Below, in pieces: positions 60,454-64,000 of a stretch of 64,000 nucleotides of DNA; position 1 is the first letter of the stretch, and every line of letters starts with the position of its first letter. Where the stretch lies: NCBI RefSeq assembly GCF_016026235.1, contig NZ_CP065613.1. One strand, given 5' to 3'. The notes beneath the pieces were generated by a model. That model was not told where the DNA came from. It did not search any database and was given only the letters and a program-made list of their open reading frames with translations. Position numbers and translations under genes: made by a program. The DNA is from Escherichia coli (lineage in GTDB: Bacteria > Pseudomonadota > Gammaproteobacteria > Enterobacterales > Enterobacteriaceae).

Positions 60454-61914
60454 TTACAGCGCAGCCACACACTCGCGCGCACCTCGTTCGCACAGCTGCT
60501 GATATGCCGCCGTCACCGCGCCAACAAAGTCGGCATTCTGCGGCAGATCATCGGCAAAAATACCGCTCAGGCCCAGCAGCGCTTTCACGCGGTCTGCGCC
60601 CTGATACTGCGCGTTAATCTTCTGGAACTCGGCCAGCATCGGGTCGACCACGTCAATGGCATTACCCTGCTCATCCACGCCCTGGGTGTAACGCATCCAG
60701 CCAGCCACGCCCAGCGCCAGGTGACGCCAGCTGCCGCCGTTTTGCAGGTGCAGACGCACCGGATCCAGCAGACGCTGCGGTAACTTCTGGCTGCCGTCCA
60801 TCGCAATCTGCCAGGTACGGTGACGCAGAGACGGGTTGCTGAAACGCTCGATCAGCAGCGTCGCATAGGCGTTCAGGTCCGTACCTTCCGGCATCGACAG
60901 CGTTGGCGCTTGTTCCTGCATCATCAGGGCAAAGGCCGCTTTGCGATAATCCGGGTTAGTCATGGTGTCGGCAATAGTTTCATAGCCGCCGAGGTAACCG
61001 AGGTATGCCAGGAAAGAGTGGCTGCCGTTCAGCATACGCAGCTTCATCATTTCGAACGGCACAACGTCTGCAACGAACTGTGCGCCCACTTTATCCCAGT
61101 CCGGACGACCATTAACGAAGTTATCTTCAATCACCCACTGACGGAACGGTTCGCAGGCAATGGCGCACGGGTCATAAACACCCAGCTGGTCAGCAATTTC
61201 CTGTAAGGTTTCTGGCGTCGCCGCCGGAACGATGCGGTCAACCATGGTGCACGGGAAGGTGACGTTCTCTTCAATCCATGCCGCCAGCTGCGGGTCACGC
61301 GCCTGAGCCAGCCCCAGTACCGCGACCTTCGCCACATGACCGTTTTCACGCACGTTATCGCAGGACATCACCGTAAACGCTTTCAGCCCTTTTTCACGAC
61401 GCAGACGCAGGGCTTCGACGATGTAACCAATCGCAGACTTCGGCGCAGTCGGGTTTTCCAGATCGTGCTTGATCAGCGGGTTATTGAGATCCAACTGACC
61501 GCTTGCCGCATCAGCGCAGTAGCCTTTTTCCGTGACCGTCAGAGAGACAATCGCCGTCTGCGGACGCGCCATCGCGTTGAGAATACCTTCGCAGCCGTCG
61601 ATTTCCGGATGCAGCGCTTCTTTCATCGAACCGATAATTTTCAGTTCGGTGCTTTCCGCGCCTTTTTCCGCCACGGTGTACAGCAGTTGCTGTTTTTTCA
61701 GGTTTTCAATCAGCACACGGTCGTTACCTGGCATCAGGTTAACTTCGCAGATACCCCAGTCGCTGTCGGTGCTTTCCAGCAGATGATGGGTATACAGCGC
61801 CTGGTGCGCGCGGTGAAACGCCCCGCAACCGAGATGCACAATGCGTGATTCCAGACGAGAATGCTCCCATGACGGGCGGGCAACCGGCAGATTGCTGTCA
61901 ACAATAGTAGTCAT
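60454..61914 (-). CDS. uxuB: D-mannonate oxidoreductase UxuB
   Basis: 486 aa MTTIVDSNLPVARPSWEHSRLESRIVHLGCGAFHRAHQ. Confidence 0.92.
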   Translation of the reverse strand: MTTIVDSNLPVARPSWEHSRLESRIVHLGCGAFHRAHQALYTHHLLESTDSDWGICEVNLMPGNDRVLIENLKKQQLLYTVAEKGAESTELKIIGSMKEALHPEIDGCEGILNAMARPQTAIVSLTVTEKGYCADAASGQLDLNNPLIKHDLENPTAPKSAIGYIVEALRLRREKGLKAFTVMSCDNVRENGHVAKVAVLGLAQARDPQLAAWIEENVTFPCTMVDRIVPAATPETLQEIADQLGVYDPCAIACEPFRQWVIEDNFVNGRPDWDKVGAQFVADVVPFEMMKLRMLNGSHSFLAYLGYLGGYETIADTMTNPDYRKAAFALMMQEQAPTLSMPEGTDLNAYATLLIERFSNPSLRHRTWQIAMDGSQKLPQRLLDPVRLHLQNGGSWRHLALGVAGWMRYTQGVDEQGNAIDVVDPMLAEFQKINAQYQGADRVKALLGLSGIFADDLPQNADFVGAVTAAYQQLCERGARECVAAL

Positions 61915-61994
61915 CGTAAACTCCAGAATCCGTCTTCAGAGAGTGACGGCAAGGAAGAAGGAACCGGCACGGCGCGCAGCCATGCCGGTGGATA

Positions 61995-63179
61995 TTAACG
62001 GCTAAAGAAAGCGCGCTGGATCGCCAGTTCGACACCGCGAACTTCGGCCAGGCCTTTCAGACGACCAATTGCGGAGTAACCTGGGTTGGTTTTCTTCTTC
62101 AGGTCGTCCAGCATCTGATGACCGTGGTCCGGACGCATCGGGATCAGGTCTTCTTTGCCTTCCGCTTTACGACGGTGTTCTTCTTCAACAATCGCTTTCA
62201 CCACTTCGTACATATCAACGTCACCGTTCAGGTGCGCCGCTTCGTGGAAGGTTTTCGGGTTATCTTCACGCATGGTGGAGCGCAGATGGGTGAAGTAAAT
62301 ACGCGGACCGAACTGCTTGATCATATCAACCAGATCGTTGTCAGCACGCACGCCGTAGGAACCGGTGCACATGGTGAAACCGTTCGCCATGCTGTTTACG
62401 GTATCAACCATCCACTGCATATCTTCAATGGTGGAAACAATGCGCGGCAGGCCGAGGAGCGGGCGCGGCGGATCGTCCGGGTGAACAGCCATACGGACGC
62501 CAACTTCTTCGGCAACCGGAATAATCGCTTTCAGGAAGACGGCAAAGTTTTCGCGCAGTTTGGCTTTGTCGATATCTTTATATAGCTCCAGGTGCTTACG
62601 GAACTGGTCGAGGGTGTACCCTTCTTCCGCGCCCGGAAGACCAGCAATGATGTTACGGGTCAGACGCGCTTTGTCTTCGTCGCTCATAGTGGCGAAGCGA
62701 ACAGCTGCCTGAGCAATTTCTTCTTCGGTGTAATCCGCTTCCGCGCCTGGACGTTTCAGGATATGCATTTCGAATGCAGCGAATTCGATCTGGTCAAAGC
62801 GCAGAGCTTTGGAGCCGTCTGGCAGCACGTATTCGAGGTCAGTACGGGTCCAGTCGAGCACCGGCATGAAGTTGTAGCACACGGTGCGAATGCCGCACTG
62901 CGCCAGGTTGCGCAGAGTCTGCTGATAGTTAGCGATCCACTGCTCATAGTTGCCAGTGTGGGTTTTGATATCTTCGTGAATTGGCACGCTTTCTACGACA
63001 GACCATACCAGGCCTGCGTCTTCAACGATCGCCTTGCGTTTGAGGATCTCTTCAACGGACCATACTTCGCCGTTCGGGATATGGTGCAGCGCGGTAACCA
63101 CGCCAGTTGCGCCCGCCTGACGGACATCAGCTAAAGAAACCGGATCGTTTGGGCCGTACCAGCGCCAGGTCTGTTCCAT
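61995..63179 (-). CDS. uxuA: D-mannonate dehydratase UxuA
   Basis: 394 aa from [28 protein letters not shown]. Confidence 0.92.
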   Translation of the reverse strand: MEQTWRWYGPNDPVSLADVRQAGATGVVTALHHIPNGEVWSVEEILKRKAIVEDAGLVWSVVESVPIHEDIKTHTGNYEQWIANYQQTLRNLAQCGIRTVCYNFMPVLDWTRTDLEYVLPDGSKALRFDQIEFAAFEMHILKRPGAEADYTEEEIAQAAVRFATMSDEDKARLTRNIIAGLPGAEEGYTLDQFRKHLELYKDIDKAKLRENFAVFLKAIIPVAEEVGVRMAVHPDDPPRPLLGLPRIVSTIEDMQWMVDTVNSMANGFTMCTGSYGVRADNDLVDMIKQFGPRIYFTHLRSTMREDNPKTFHEAAHLNGDVDMYEVVKAIVEEEHRRKAEGKEDLIPMRPDHGHQMLDDLKKKTNPGYSAIGRLKGLAEVRGVELAIQRAFFSR

Positions 63180-63518
63180 GATTTTTCCTCTTTCACATAG
63201 TGGGTTCCACAGCAAAGAGACGCGGAACCCTGGAGTTGTTTAGGTATCCGGATGAACAACCAGACCGCAGCCGTGGCGTTGCATCGGATGAGATGGCGTA
63301 TAAGTTCTACCTTTTGGTAATACATGTCAACCCGAATTCTAAAATTGGTTAACCAAATCACAAGAATTTCACTCTCCTGGTTGTTGCTGCAAATTGCAGC
63401 AAAGGGTAATCGATGGTTATTGATCAGAGGATGTGACATTCATCGCAACAATGGTTGACCAATTTACATAACATGTCGCCCAAAATAACAACGGTTCAAC
63501 CAGGTAAGATAAAACGTT

Positions 63519-64000
63519 ATGCATGTGCTTAACATTCTCTGGGTGGTATTCGGCATTGGTCTGATGCTGGTACTGAATTTGAAGTTCAAAATCAATTCAA
63601 TGGTGGCTTTGTTGGTGGCGGCGCTGTCCGTCGGGATGCTGGCGGGCATGGATTTGATGTCGCTGCTGCACACCATGAAAGCGGGCTTCGGCAACACGCT
63701 GGGGGAACTGGCTATCATCGTGGTGTTCGGTGCGGTCATCGGTAAATTGATGGTCGACTCCGGCGCGGCTCACCAGATAGCACATACGCTGCTGGCGCGT
63801 CTCGGTCTGCGCTATGTACAGCTGTCGGTGATTATCATCGGCCTGATTTTTGGTCTGGCGATGTTCTATGAAGTGGCCTTTATCATGTTAGCGCCGCTGG
63901 TTATTGTCATTGCCGCCGAAGCTAAAATTCCGTTCCTGAAACTGGCGATCCCGGCAGTAGCAGCTGCCACTACCGCACATTCACTGTTCCCACCGCAGCC
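63519..64000 (+). CDS. gntP: GntP-family fructuronate transporter, 5' part (runs off the window end)
   Basis: ATG at 63519, [43 protein letters not shown]..., no stop before position 64000. Confidence 0.85.

Overview
This window is a chromosomal segment of an Escherichia coli / Shigella-type genome, collinear with the K-12 region gntP-uxuABR ... tsr-btsT-yjiA ... deoCABD-lplA-serB-radA-nadR-ettA-slt but in inverted orientation. All calls rest on reading the supplied ORF translations and the sequence against remembered K-12 proteins and motifs; no database search was run. It is mostly conserved housekeeping and y-genes (about 60 CDS, two tandem tRNA-Leu(CAG), several REP/BIME clusters, recognisable DeoR, Fur and CRP operators). 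Accessory differences from the K-12 layout: (1) between yjiA and mdtM, where K-12 carries the roughly 20 kb immigration-control region (mrr-hsdRMS-symE-mcrBC and yji genes), there is only a BrnT/BrnA-like toxin-antitoxin pair and a degenerate IS1; (2) between lplA and deoD, yjjJ/hipH is reduced to a short HTH remnant with an in-frame amber codon, followed by an IS10-like (IS4-family) element with 9-bp target duplications that is itself disrupted by an IS1; (3) lgoD (yjjN) is split by a frameshift; (4) tsr has a lengthened poly-Gln tract; (5) a small ORF is translationally coupled to yjiL. I did not find a convincing novel multi-gene system: the defence-island hot spot is present but nearly empty.
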